The notes beneath the pieces are model-generated. The model worked only from the letters and a program-made list of their open reading frames with translations, was not told where the DNA came from and did not search any database. This document shows positions 50,150-62,340 of a stretch of DNA of 64,000 nucleotides, in pieces. The position numbers and the translations under genes are program-made. Origin of the DNA: Somniosus microcephalus (taxonomy: Eukaryota); contig CM126226.1 of assembly GCA_052327205.1 (NCBI GenBank), positions 1,364,001 through 1,428,000 on the forward strand. The letters are read 5' to 3'. How positions within the stretch are numbered: the first letter of the stretch is position 1; each line of letters starts with the position of its first letter.

Positions 50150-52570
50150 GGACTATTCAAAAGAGAATTGGATAAATACTTGAAGGGGGAAAAGTATACA
50201 GGGCTCTGGGGAAAGAGCAGGGCTCTGGGGAAAAGTTTACAGGGCTCTGGGGAAAAGTTTACAGGGCTCTGGGGAAAAGTTTACAGGGCTCTGGGGAAAG
50301 AGCAGGGCAGTGGGATTAATTGGAGAGCTCGACCGAAGAGCCAGCACAGGCATAATGGGCCGAATGGCCTCCTGTGCTGTATCATTCTATGACGAGTGGA
50401 CAGCTAATGTAATTCCTGTTTTCACAAAGGGAGATGGGAATTAATCCAAGAAACTAGACCAGTTAGCTTAACATCAGTGGTAGGAAAAAGATCAGATAAC
50501 AAAACACCTAGAGACAGAGGATATAATAAAAATAGTCAGCATGGATTTACAACTTTAACCAACCTTACTGAATTCTTTGAAGAAGTAACAGAATGAGTAG
50601 ACAAGGGTAATGCAGTGGATGTGGTATACATGGACTTTCAGGAGGCCTTCTATAAGGTGCCACATAAGAGACTCATGACAAAGATCAGAGCATGTGAGGT
50701 CAGGGGTCAGGTAACAATAGATTGAAAGATGGCTACAAAACCGAGCAGAGGGGAGGAGTTAAAGCAAGTTTCTTGGACTGGCAGAAAATGGGAAGTGGTG
50801 TCCCACAGGGATCGGTGCTGGGACCACTGTTATTCACCGTATACATAAATGATCTGGACTCGAATTGGAGGTATGGTGTTGAAATTTGAAGATAATACCA
50901 AATTGGGGGTATCGCTAATAATGTGGGGGATTGCACCAAAATAGGGGAAAACAGAAACAGGCTGTCAGAGTGGGTGGATCAATGGCAAATGAAATTCATA
51001 TTGGCAACGTGTTGGGTAGTTTGTTTAGGTAGGAGGAATAAGGAGGCCATTTATTCCTTGGAAGGTAAGAGACTAAATGTGGTTGTGGAGTAAAGAGATC
51101 ATAGAAACATAGAAGATAGGAGCAGGAGTAGGCCATTCGGCCCCTCGAGCCTGCTCCGCCATTCAATGTGATCATGGCTGATCATCCAAATTCAGTACCC
51201 TGCCCCTGCCTTTTCTCCATATCCCTTGATCCCTTTAGCCTCAAGAAATATATCCAACTCTTTCTTGAATATATTTAATGAACTGGCCTCCACCGCCCTC
51301 TGTGGCAGAGAATTCCACAGGTTCACCACTCTCTGGGTGAAGAAATTCCTCCTCATTTCAGTCCTAAATGGCTTACCCCTTATCCTTAGACTATGACCCC
51401 TGGTTCTGGACTCCCCGGCCATCAGAAATATAGACCAGGAATATAGATACATAAATCATTAAATAAGACGCAAGTTGACAAGGTCATGAAGAGTGAAAAA
51501 TACTGGGATTCATTTCTAGAGGAATAGAATACAAAAGCAGGGAGGTATTGTTAAATGTATATAGAACCTTGGTTAGACCACACTTGGAGAACTGGACGCA
51601 GTTCTGGGCTCTTTACTACAAAGAGGCTATCGAAGCACAGGAGAAAGTGCAGAAAAGATTTACAAGGATGCTACCATATAAATCTTTTCTGTTAGGTGAG
51701 GACATTGAGGGATATGGAGCTAAGGTGGGTAAATGAAGTTGAGGTACAGATCAGCCATGATCTAACTGAATAGCTCGAGGGGCTGAATGGCCTCCTCCTG
51801 TTTGTATGTTTCTACCGGAATGGAGAGGATGCAACTGTCGGGAAGGATTGAGCAGGCTGGGGCTCTTCACTGGAAGAGAGAAGAGCAAGAGCAAGGGCAG
51901 CACGGTGGCATAGTGGTTAGCACTGTTGCCTCACAGTGCCAGAGACCCGGGTTCGAATCTGGCCTCGGGTGACTGTGTGGAGTTTGCACATTCTCCCCGT
52001 GTTTGCGTGGGTTTCCTCCGGGTGCTCCGGTTTCCTCCCACAGTCCGAAGATGTGCGGGTTAGGTTGATTGGCTATGATAAATTGACCCTTAGTGTTAGG
52101 GGGATTAAATACGTGGGGTTACAGGGATAGAGTGGGATATGTGTTGGTGTAGGGGTTACGGGGATCGGGTGGGATATGTGTCGGTGCAGGCTCGATGGGC
52201 CGAAATGGCCTCTATCTGCACTGGGGTTTCTGTGATTCTGAAGAGGAAGCCTGATCGAGCTCTTTAAAGTGATGACGGGGTTTGATAGGGTGGATGTAGA
52301 GAAACGGTTTCCACTTATGGGTAAGTCCAGAACAAGGGGGAACAATATAAGATAGCCACTAACAGATTAAATAAAGAATGTCTTTACAGGGAGAGTGGTG
52401 AGAATGTGGAACTCACTGCCACAGGGAGTGGTCGAAGCAGAGAGCACTGATGCATTTAAGGGGAGGCTCGATGCATACATGAGGGAGAAGGGAATAGAGA
52501 GATGGGGCAGGGTGGGAAGAGGTAATTAAAGTGGGAGGAGGTTTATGGGTATAATAACACCGGCATAGAC
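50150..52570 (+). mobile_element. Composite of CR1 fragments with a nested antisense CR1 (51098..51425) and an HE1 SINE
   Basis: GVPQGSVLGPLLFTVYINDL and YRTLVRPHLEN motifs, interrupted by the insertions. Confidence 0.8.
51895..52240 (+). mobile_element. HE1-like V-SINE
   Basis: gggcagcacggtggcatagtgg head and V-domain. Confidence 0.92.
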
Positions 52571-52573
52571 CAG

Positions 52574-53772
52574 AACTTGCATTTCTATAGCGCCTTTCAT
52601 AACCTCAGGATGTCCCAAAGCGCTTTACAGCCAATGAAGTACTTCTGAAGTGTAGTCACTGTTGTAATGTAGAGAAATAAGGCAACCAATTTGTGCACAG
52701 CAAGCTCCCACAAACCGATATTAGATAATGACCAGATAATCTGTTTTAGTGATATTGGTTAAGGGATAAATATTGGCCAAGACACTAGGGAGAACTCTCC
52801 TGCTCTTCGGATAGTTCCTTGGGATCTTTTACGTCTACCTGAGAGCGCAGACGAGGCCTCGGTTTAACGACTCATCCAAAACATGGCACCTCCGAGAGTT
52901 CAGCACTCCCTCAGTACTGCACTGAAGCGTCAGCCTAGGTTATGCGAAGTGGGACTTGAACCTATGGGCCCAGAAATTCGGGTCGGGGGCTTCCCGCGGG
53001 TGCAAGCCCCCGACCTACACTTACCTAGCACGCCGGCAGTTGACCTCTTGGCCTGCGTGGAATTCCTCTCCGAGGCCTGTCCCAGAGGCCGGCGCGCTAT
53101 GCTGGCGTGTCCCAGGGGCGTAGTTAGTGCGAAGCGTCCCCTGGGATCACGTGAGCAACAGGCAGCCAATCGGAGCAGGGAATGCTCCATTCATAAGTCT
53201 TGACAGATAGACCTGTCAAAACGTATAAATGCTGAGGCTGTAAAACTGTACTTTACCTTCAAATAATTTTTTTTTTTAAATCACACTTTGTAAATAAACT
53301 ATAAATGACATTAAATAACTTTTAAACAAAAATTTAAATTTTTGAAAAAAATAATTTTATAAAAAAACAGGGCTAAAAATAAACTTACCGTGCTTTAAAG
53401 TATTTAAAAGTAAAAAACCTGTGGAAAAAATGTTTTCATTTTAAATAATTGACCACTTACCTTTGAAAATGAAGTCCTTACGGCTGCTTTTTACATTTCT
53501 AAAATGTACAGACTTACCCGCACGTTAAAACCTGTATTAAAAAAAAAGGAAGTTCAACGCGCACGCGCAGACTCCCGCGCGCACACGTTCGACTTCTGAA
53601 CCCCTTGGTTCAGAGGATCGGAAGTGCCGGTTTCCCGTGCATGCGAGATTCCGGCACTTCCATCGGGCCCACGCGTGAGTACTCCGTCCGTACTCACGCG
53701 TTGGGACCCGAATTTCTGGGCCATGATCTCTGACCCCGAGGTGAGAGTGCCAGCACTGAGCTAAGGCCGACA
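52574..53772 (-). mobile_element. DeuSINE split by a MITE insertion
   Basis: SINE body runs to 52966 and the tRNA head resumes at 53723. Confidence 0.85.
52967..53722. mobile_element. MITE (PIF/Harbinger-like), copy 2
   Basis: Same TIRs as 3057..3801, with a 3-bp TSD ATG. Confidence 0.88.
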
Positions 53773-54381
53773 CCCTATTGGCCTCGAGACCAATTACATC
53801 TTAAACTTCCCTTCTAATGTATTTGAGTACAGCACCTTTACCTGGTGGATTATTCCAAGTGCTTATGACTCTGAGAAAACAACCTTTTTATTAACATCTA
53901 TTTTAAAATGTATTTTTCACTATTCTTGCCCTGCTGGCCTGACTCGCCTTGAAGTGATTTGCCACCTTTTCTCCAGCGTGCAGAGATTCAGCTTCTCCCA
54001 CGTGTCCTCGTAGTTCCTCCGCTTTAAACTAGGGATCAATTGCGTTGCCCATCTCTGCACCTTCGCCAATGCTTACACTTTGTTTGAAGTGAGCCAACCA
54101 GATTCCTGGTCAGCACGGAACTCTTCCCAAACGTTACTGGAACTCTGGGATTGGCAGCCAAGGCTGCGGATCACAGTGCCCAACACACTGAGACTGGCCC
54201 AGCGATGGGTCCACACTCTGCATCAGCAGGAGCAACTCTCATCCACTGACACCCCCACTGTGACCGATCTCAAGCCGTCTGTTAAAATTAAAATAAAAAA
54301 TCCTTTTTCAAAATCTTTTTGATCTTCATAGATTTATGAATGAAACCAGGATGTTTCATTTGATTGTTTGCTGTGTTGCAG

Positions 54382-54452
54382 CTGGCTGTACCTGTGACCG
54401 GAGTGGAAGCACTGGAGACCAATGCGATGCCAATGGGCGCTGCCAATGCAAG
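54382..54452 (+). CDS. HSPG2: Perlecan exon 13, start of LE module
   Basis: gttgcag / gtaatg. Reads GCTCDRSGSTGDQCDANGRCQCK. Confidence 0.94.
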
Positions 54453-55760
54453 GTAATGGTTGACCAGCCATAACTGCCGCCATTGGAGAATTGGGGGCTG
54501 GGGGCTTTTCTAAACCAGTTTACCCGACTGACCAAAGTGACTGAATGTGACAGAATTATATTCTACCAAATAACTCATATTTTTACATGTCGGAGGTAGG
54601 GATAGGAAGGACATTTTTGTTGGGTATAGCGAAACAAAGCCTGAACAGTTCCGGTCATGCAGCCATGGGGAAGCTGTTTCAAAGGTGGTCCCATCAGTCC
54701 AACAACTTCCACTAAAGGTCCTGTGGGACAGTCGGCCGTGACTTAAGATATATGATATTCCATGGGATTCAGATTGGGAGCTGATATTCATTTCTAGGGC
54801 AGCAGTTCAGGCGCTGCAGTTGGTGTCTCCAGATTAGGAGGGACAACCCAGCCAGCGTTCTCGCTGATCACTCTCTAGGACCCTCGCGGGAGAAGACTTC
54901 ACATGCAAATGAGGTTGGGCTTGGCTGCGATGCATGCAGGGTGGAATAGCCTGCTGGCACTCCCTGTCGCAGCTCACACGTGAATAACAGCTACTTGGGC
55001 ACGGTACCAGAGGATGACTGATAGCTGTGGAACCATCTTCCAGCCAGAAGTTAATAGCTTCAGGAGCAAAGGGGAGAGGAGAAAATCGGGGGGGGGGGGG
55101 GGCGGGGGGTTGGAAATAAAGTGAATTTTTTGGTTTTAAAAATCATATTTAGGTCTTTGGTGCTGTTACCTACCAGCAGATCACCTCACTGCAGTCCAGA
55201 TTGTCTGAGACAACCTATTATCACAGACAGTATAAACACCACAATATTACTGAGAGAAGCCTTATGTGGGGCTCCTCCAACACATCCCCATTGGCGCACA
55301 CTCTGAGAGTGGGGTGTTGAAACAGAAGGCAATCTTGCCCAATGAGGGTAGGAATATTCAATGGTCGGGTTGGTTCTATCCTCTCTGATGAGAATCGGTG
55401 TCATAAAGAGCCAATTCATGAAAATATAGTCCTGATGTCATAGTCCTGAGGTACCTCGGGCTTGTCTGCCTGCTCCTCCCCCTCCCCAAATTGCAGTCAG
55501 TCCCAACTGGACTGTCCACAAACTGGAGATGATTCACTCCTTCTGAGAATGTATCGTACTAACAATCCAGTTTAAGTGCCTAAGTCCTATCACCTCTAAT
55601 CAGAACCTCAAAATATATCTTCAGAGAGCCTCTGGTTAGATCCAATTTCAATTTATAGTATTTATAGCATTCATCTGCAGAATGATGTGTCCCACGAACA
55701 TTAAATGTCACTTTAGTGCAAGGTTAGCTTGACGACATGTGATTTATATTTTGATTACAG

Positions 55761-55901
55761 CCTAATGTGGAAGGCCAGACCTGTGACACTTGCAAAGCCG
55801 GTTACTTCGACCTGAGTGCAGAGAGCAGAGAGGGATGCCTGCCGTGTTTCTGTATGGGAGTGACGCAGCAATGCAGCAGCTCCTCGTACTACAGGAAGCT
55901 G
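55761..55901 (+). CDS. HSPG2: Perlecan exon 14, LE
   Basis: attacag / gtacgt. Reads PNVEGQTCDTCKAGYFDLSAESREGCLPCFCMGVTQQCSSSSYYRKL. Confidence 0.96.
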
Positions 55902-56344
55902 GTACGTGTTACTGTAACTCTTCGTCACCCTGTGTACGAGCATCGCCCTTGAAGAAATTCACGTCCCCCACCGGTCGAATGCCCTTTCCTTGCTCTGCTA
56001 CACCCAGGACCTTGCTCTGGGAAACAGCCCTTAGTTCGTGCTCACCCACTGGCATTGCCTCTTTATCAGGGAGAGTTCATGTAACTGGTGTCAGATGTGA
56101 GCTAACATGGGTGATCAGCATATGGGAAAGCTGATGCAGTTAATGCTCTTCATTTCTGTAAGTTATATTCCATTTGTTCTGCCAATGATCTTCCAAAACT
56201 TTGCCCTTGTAAATCGTCACCGTACTGCACCTATCTCTAGTGGTAGTGACTGACCCTACATTTGTAGAATAGGAATTACACCGAGAAAAGACTTTGACAC
56301 AGGATGTACCTCCAGTAACGCCGCAGATGCCAGCATCAAGCAAT

Positions 56345-57295
56345 AATCATTAATGACCTTCCCTCCATCATAAGATCAGAAATGGGGATGTTCGCTGATG
56401 ACTGCACAGTGTTCAGTGCCATTCACAACTCCTCAGATAATGAAGCAGTCCCTCCCGCATGCAGCAAGATCTGGGCGACGTTCAGGCTTGGGCTGGTGAG
56501 TGGCAGGTAACATTCGTGCCACAGAAGTGCCAGGCAATGACTATCTCTAACAAGCGAGAGTCTAACCACCGCCCCTTGACATTCAATGGCATTACCATCA
56601 CCAAAACCCCCATTATCAACATCCTGGGGATCACCATTGACCAGAAACTTAACTGGACCAGCCACACAAATACTGTGGATACAAGAGCAGGTCAGAGGCT
56701 GGGTATTCTGCGGCGAGTGTCTCACCACCTGACTCCCCAAAGCCTTTCCACCATCTATAAGGCACAAGTCAGGAGTGTGATGGAATACTCTCCACTTGCC
56801 TGGATGAGTGCAGCTCCAACAACACTCAAGACACCATCCAGGACAAAGCAGCCCACTTGATTGGCACCCCATCTACCACCTTAAACATTCACTCCCTCCA
56901 CCACCGGCGCACCGTGGCTGCAGTGTGTACCATCTACAAGATGCACTGCAGCAACTCGCCAAGGCTTCTTTGGCAGCACCTCCCAAACTCGCGACCTCTT
57001 CCACCTAGAAGGTCAAGGGCAGCAGACGCATGGGAACACCACCACCTCCGAGTTCCCCTCCAAGTCACACACCATCCTGACTTGGAAATGTATTGCTCTT
57101 TCTTCATTGTCGCTAGGTCAAAATCCTGGAACTCCCTCCCTAACAGCACTGTGGGAGTACCTTCACCACACGGACTGCAGTGGTTCAAGAAGGCGGCTCA
57201 CCACCACCTTCTCGAGGGCAATTAGGGATGGGCAATAAATGCTGGCCTTGCCAGCAACGCCCACATCCCATAAACGAATAAAAAAAATAAAAATA
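56345..57295 (+). mobile_element. Non-LTR LINE 3' part with A-rich tail
   Basis: INDLPS, MFADDC, TIYKAQVRSVMEYSPLAW and WNSLP motifs, then AATAAA and an A-tail. Confidence 0.9.
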
Positions 57296-57324
57296 ATACT
57301 GGTCCTGGACTAGTTCAAAGGACA

Positions 57325-57915
57325 AGTTTAAAACACTAGTTAGGCCTCAGCTAGAGTACTGCGTGCAGTCCTGGTCACCACATTACAGGAAAGATGTGAT
57401 TGCACTAGAGAGGGTACAGAGGAGATTTACAAGGATGTTGCTGGGAGTAGAGAATCTTAGCTATGAGGAAAGACTGGATAGGCTGCGTCTGTTTTCCTTG
57501 GAACAGAGGAGGCTGAGGGGAGACCTTATTGAGGTGTATAAAATTATGAGTTGCCTAGATAAAGTGGATAGAAAGGACCTATTTTCCTTAGCAAAAGGGG
57601 TCAAAAACCAGGGGGCACAGATTTAAAGTAATTGGTGGAAGGTTTAGAGGGGATTTGAGGGGAAATTTCTTCACCCAGAGGGTTGTGGGGGTCTGGAACT
57701 CACTGCCTGAAAGGGCGGTAGAGGCAGAAACTCTAACCACATTTAAAAAGTACTTGGATGTGCACTTGGGATGCTGTAACCTGCAGGGCTACGGACCAAG
57801 AGCTGGGAAGTGGGATTAGGCTGGATAGCTCTTTGTTGGCTAGCGTAGACACGATGGGCCGAAATGGCCTCCTTCCGTGCTGTAACTTTCTGCGATTCTA
57901 TCTATGATTCTATGA
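57325..57915 (+). mobile_element. CR1 3' fragment
   Basis: WSPHYRKDVIALERVQRRFTRM, with an (attctatg) tail. Confidence 0.9.
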
Positions 57916-58698
57916 ACGCTGTAACGGTACAGATGGCAGTTCAGTGCATCACGTTTGGTGGAGCCTGGACTCCAGTGCGTGACTTCATGCCATGCCAGGG
58001 TGGAATTGTACTTGGTCTAATTGCACAGGTCTGTCAGCCCATCACACCCCAGAGGTGACGAATGAATTAGCACGCACCCTCAGTCGAGGCAGGCACAGGC
58101 ACGTTGGTGGATCCTCCCACTGAGGATGATGGATCTAGTTGATGATAATTGGTGCAATCTGGAGAAGAATGTTATTGCCATGTTCAGAAAGAGAACCATT
58201 TTGCTGCAGGGTCGCAGGCAGTGAGATGGCAGCTCGCAGTGACTTGTCAAATGGTGTGTTTCCCCGATGGGCATTCCTCAGATTCTGGCACAGGGACAGA
58301 CATTTCTGGATGTGTGTAACCGCCTTCTTGTACGAACTCTGTCTTTTCTGATCGTATGTATTGCACGATCCCTGTGAGGCTATCAGAGTCTTAGAGACAT
58401 TGCGCAGTGATTTTCCCCCTCACCCCCAGCCCCATCCACTTCACAATTTGGATACGAACCTATTCATTTATCTGTGAAAAGTAAATTAAATTAGAAGACT
58501 AGAGAAGACCATTTTGAAGGTACACGGAGCTAAACGTTGCTTTACTTAGAAAGAATAATTCTGTTGCAAGTAATTTTTTGGTAATACTTGAATATCGTGG
58601 TTATTGTGCAGACTGACTGGTACCAGAAGGCCTTTAGGATCAGGTATCATTTTGTAAGCTATGATACAAATGAACTTTCATTCTGTTCATTTCTGTAG

Positions 58699-58893
58699 GT
58701 GGCGAGTCCATTCGTTCCGCCGAGCAACTTCCAAAACTTTTCGCTGGTGAATCGTCAGCGCACTACACGCATCACCTCGGGATTCACCGTGACGGTGAGA
58801 GAGAGGCAGCCACAGCTCTCGTTCGACCGGTTTGGGCAGTACACCCAGGAGTCCTACTACTGGCAGCTTCCAGAGGCATTTCAGGGAGACAAG
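58699..58893 (+). CDS. HSPG2: Perlecan exon 15, L4 domain
   Basis: ttctgtag / gtacag. Reads VASPFVPPSNFQNFSLVNRQR...ESYYWQLPEAFQGDK. Confidence 0.96.
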
Positions 58894-59369
58894 GTACAGC
58901 TCCAGACCTACACAACCTTAAATCCTTTGGACACGAGAGCGTTACAGGTTTAGGAATGCTGTGGTATGACCCAAGGCCTTGGCCGGTACCTGAGGCAATG
59001 TCCCCCACTCGAATGGTGCTCATGATCGAAATCATTGAACAAAACCTCTAAGTTGCATTTATTTAGGGTTGAATTTCCTGCCACTCTCCTACCACAGTAA
59101 TACCAAGCCTTTGGAGGTTGCTAATTGTATGAGTTGTGACATTTCGCAGTGATGCCAGACTGAGCGAGCAGGATGTGGTGTGATCGCAGTGCAGTGAGAA
59201 CCCAGCGTGAATTTACTGGGGGAGGTCCCGCCGGCCTTAACGGCACAACCTCATTAACATCTTGTAGCTCCGCCTTCTGCCCGACAGCCGGCTGAATGGA
59301 CAGCTTGGCCAACGGGCAGGAGGCGGCAGCTGGGGACCCTCGGGGTGGGAGCGGTCAGCAATCGGGAGG

Positions 59370-60103
59370 GGGTGGAGGCTGGCGATCGGGGCTGTGGGGG
59401 GAGGCTGGCGATCGGGGCTGTGGGGGGAGGCTGGCGATCGGGGCTGTGGGGGGAGGCTGGCAATCGGGGTGGAGGCTGACGATCGGGGCTGTGGGTGGAG
59501 GCTGGCGATCGGGGCTGTGGGTGGAGGCTGGCGATCGGGGCTGTGGGGGGAGGCTGGCGATCGGGGCTGTGGGTGGAGGCTGGCGATCGGGGTGGAGGCT
59601 GGCGATCGGGGCTGTGGGTGGAGGCTGGCGATCGGGGCTGTGGGGGGAGGCTGGCGATCGGGGCTGTGGGTGGAGGCTGGCGATCGGGGTGGAGGCTGGC
59701 GATCGGGGCTGTGGGGGGAGGCTGGCGATCGGGGCTGTGGGGGGAGGCTGGCGATCGGGGCTGTGGGGGGAGGCTGGCGATCGGGGCTGTGGGGGGAGGC
59801 TGGCGATCGGGGCTGTGGGGGGAGGCTGGCGATCGGGGTGGAGGCTGACGATCGGGGCTGTGGGTGGAGGCTGGCGATCGGGGCTGTGGGTGGAGGCTGG
59901 CGATCGGGGCTGTGGGGGGAGGCTGGCGATCGGGGCTGTGGGTGGAGGCTGGCGATCGGGGTGGAGGCTGGCGATCGGGGCTGTGGGTGGAGGCTGGCGA
60001 TCGGGGCTGTGGGTGGAGGCTGGCGATCGGGGCTGTGGGTGGAGGCTGGCGATCGGGGCTGTGGGTGGAGGCTGGCGATCGAGGCTGTGGGTGGAGGCTG
60101 GCG
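59370..60103. repeat. G-rich minisatellite with 26/19-bp units
   Basis: gggKggaggctggcgatcggggctgt units with recurrent 7-bp-deleted variants. Confidence 0.95.
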
Positions 60104-60919
60104 GCTTCCTCGAGGAGCCGGGATGAGGGGTGAGCACTCCTGCTCCTCCTGGCCCTCGAGGAGAGCCGGAAAAGGTCTGTGGAGCTGACAGCTCCCGCCT
60201 CTCTGCCGAATTTCTCGAGCCCCGGGCAACCCACGCAGCAGCAGTGAATTTTAAATGGAGCTCCTAACTGCGCCCAATTTAAATATGTTAATAAGCGTCA
60301 CTCAGACGCCCCACTATCCACTGCTGTATAAATGGCAGCCAGCTGGGTTCGTGTTCCACGCAGTAACCTCCCCTCCCGCCCCGGCCTGTGGGGAGTTGAT
60401 ATCGAGCCTATTGCTACAATGTTCACAGTGGAACCATTGGCGTATATGTCTATATGTTGGAACCTGATGCACATGATAAGTCTCGTGAGTTCCCAGTTTT
60501 GTTACATGATAGCGGTGAATAGCACTGGCTGATTCCATCCAAGTTGTGTAGCTGAATCAAATGCACCTGTGCAATAGGACATCTGTTCATGTGCTCCGAT
60601 AAATTCCTGGTGTAATGTGTAGTTCTACAGTCCCATTATATTCACAGCATTAGTTCGGGGATTAACCTTCCCCCACAGAAATTCTGACAGAAGGCGACAA
60701 TCTGAAACTTACACTTGAATTCAGAGACGCACTGAAAACTTTGATCCACTTTCAATCAAAAAATGCCAAGTTCCCAAGGGTTGAGATTAAATTCCACCGG
60801 CGATAAATTCATTTTCTTTCCTCTGCAAAATGGTTCTGACGGGAACCTTCCTTCAGATGTCCTGCACAGATGTTTGTACACCTGGAACTGGCAGTGTGTG
60901 TTCGTGACTGAAGGTTAAT

Positions 60920-61013
60920 CTGGGGCTACGGGGATAGGGTGGGATATGTGTCGGTGCAGGCTCGATGGGCTGAAATGGCCTCTATCTGTACTGTGAGGTT
61001 TCTGTGATTCTGT
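60920..61013 (+). mobile_element. HE1 SINE 3' fragment
   Basis: gggtgggatatgtgtcggtgcaggctcgatgggc...tgtgattctgtga. Confidence 0.8.
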
Positions 61014-61490
61014 GAAATATACGTGGAATGAACATTATACGAGTCTTGCACATGAATATGGCAAAGATGATACTGTTCTTTCAAAGCAGGGTAGTTGGTG
61101 CCTGCAGGCTGTGTCTCCTGATGAATGTGTTGTTTTGGGTGAGGCTGGTATTCTAAACCCATGGCAACTGCGGCAAAATTTTGAGCGAAGACCTTAGTCA
61201 GATAAAATTAGAAGGCATAGAATTGGCCTCGTAATAAATTCTCTCAGCAAAGTAAATTAAAATAATGTGTGGTCTGTGCCTGAACACGTTGATCTTAGTC
61301 ACAATCCATCGCCTTTTCAGCCACACCTGTGAGATTCCAAGATTTTCTTTGGTTTAGTTTTAAAGGAGCGCTTATGCAGTCAAGGTAGACTACTGCACTT
61401 TGTTCTATTATCTTCGACCCTCCTCTCTAACATACAGTTCGCTGCCCTGTGCCTGTTTACCTCTCACTGTTATTTATTCCCTTTCTTCAG

Positions 61491-61529
61491 AGGGAGCAAT
61501 TCTTTGCCCGTATTAGACGTGAACACAAG
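61491..61529 (+). CDS. Candidate 39-nt cassette micro-exon (REQFFARIRREHK)
   Basis: Long pyrimidine tract ending ctttcttcag, and an AAG|gtagag donor. Phase 0/0, open, and compatible with exon 15. Confidence 0.45.
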
Positions 61530-62340
61530 GTAGAGTGTGCGATGGGCCTGCTGTGATGCCCTCTCCGTGATTTGGCCACTGTGTTTGTCTGCTTGAGTTT
61601 GGCTTTGCACTGTTGGCTTCAGTAATAAAACGTGCCTTGTTTTGCGAAGTTATTGAAGTGAAATTGTACCTCGAGATTAAACGCTGGATGCTACGGCACA
61701 TAGTCCTAGAATGCGATCGCGCAATTGTGGTCTCCACCATGTTACGGTGGCCAGGCGCTGAGCAAAGGCCTGGTGTTGTCCCCGGGCGACTCGCCAGTGC
61801 TTCCTGCAGCAGCCGGGCTATGAGAGTGGGTTGTCTGCCTGTCCTCTCCGTCAAAGGGAGACCAGGAAAGAAGACTGAAAAATAAATGAAGGAAAGAGAG
61901 TTACACCATTAAAAAAACACACTGCAATGAAAAGTTTATATTTTCTCTAAAGAGAAAGTTCAGATTTTCACAACCAGAACAAGAAATGGATAAGGGCCAT
62001 AGAGTATAGTTTGATGTTTGTTGTTGTCAAGGCTGGAAACGGGGGCAAGGGGGACCTTTTGATGTATCACCCCCAATGTTCGGTAACTATTGATGAACCC
62101 GGAACTGCCACCAGGTGAACTCCTCACGACCTCAGCTCAATCGATTTAGATTGTTTTCAATTCCCATTTTGTGACACTGAAATAAATATTAAGAAAACCC
62201 TTTGCCAGCATTTACCTTGTGGTTCCTTTCACTCACCTACTCTTTTTTAAGCTGTTTTCTCAGCTTCCTATTTTAACTATACTCTCTTCCACCTCCTCCA
62301 ATCCTCTTCTGTTATTTAGTTTGAGATGAAATGTTGTAAC

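Noticed and set aside
49941-54381. Extra linker micro-exon between exons 12 and 13
   Set aside because: The candidate acceptors near 50000 hit stops in phase 1, and the two exons already join in frame.
585-58893. Laminin alpha chain as the host gene
   Set aside because: Peptides such as TCFLDxDG, SGLYLGTCERC, TREHLLMALA and ESYYWQLPE follow perlecan domain III colinearly.
59237-60234. Pro- and Gly-rich ORFs of 260-330 aa
   Set aside because: Translations of the G-rich minisatellite.
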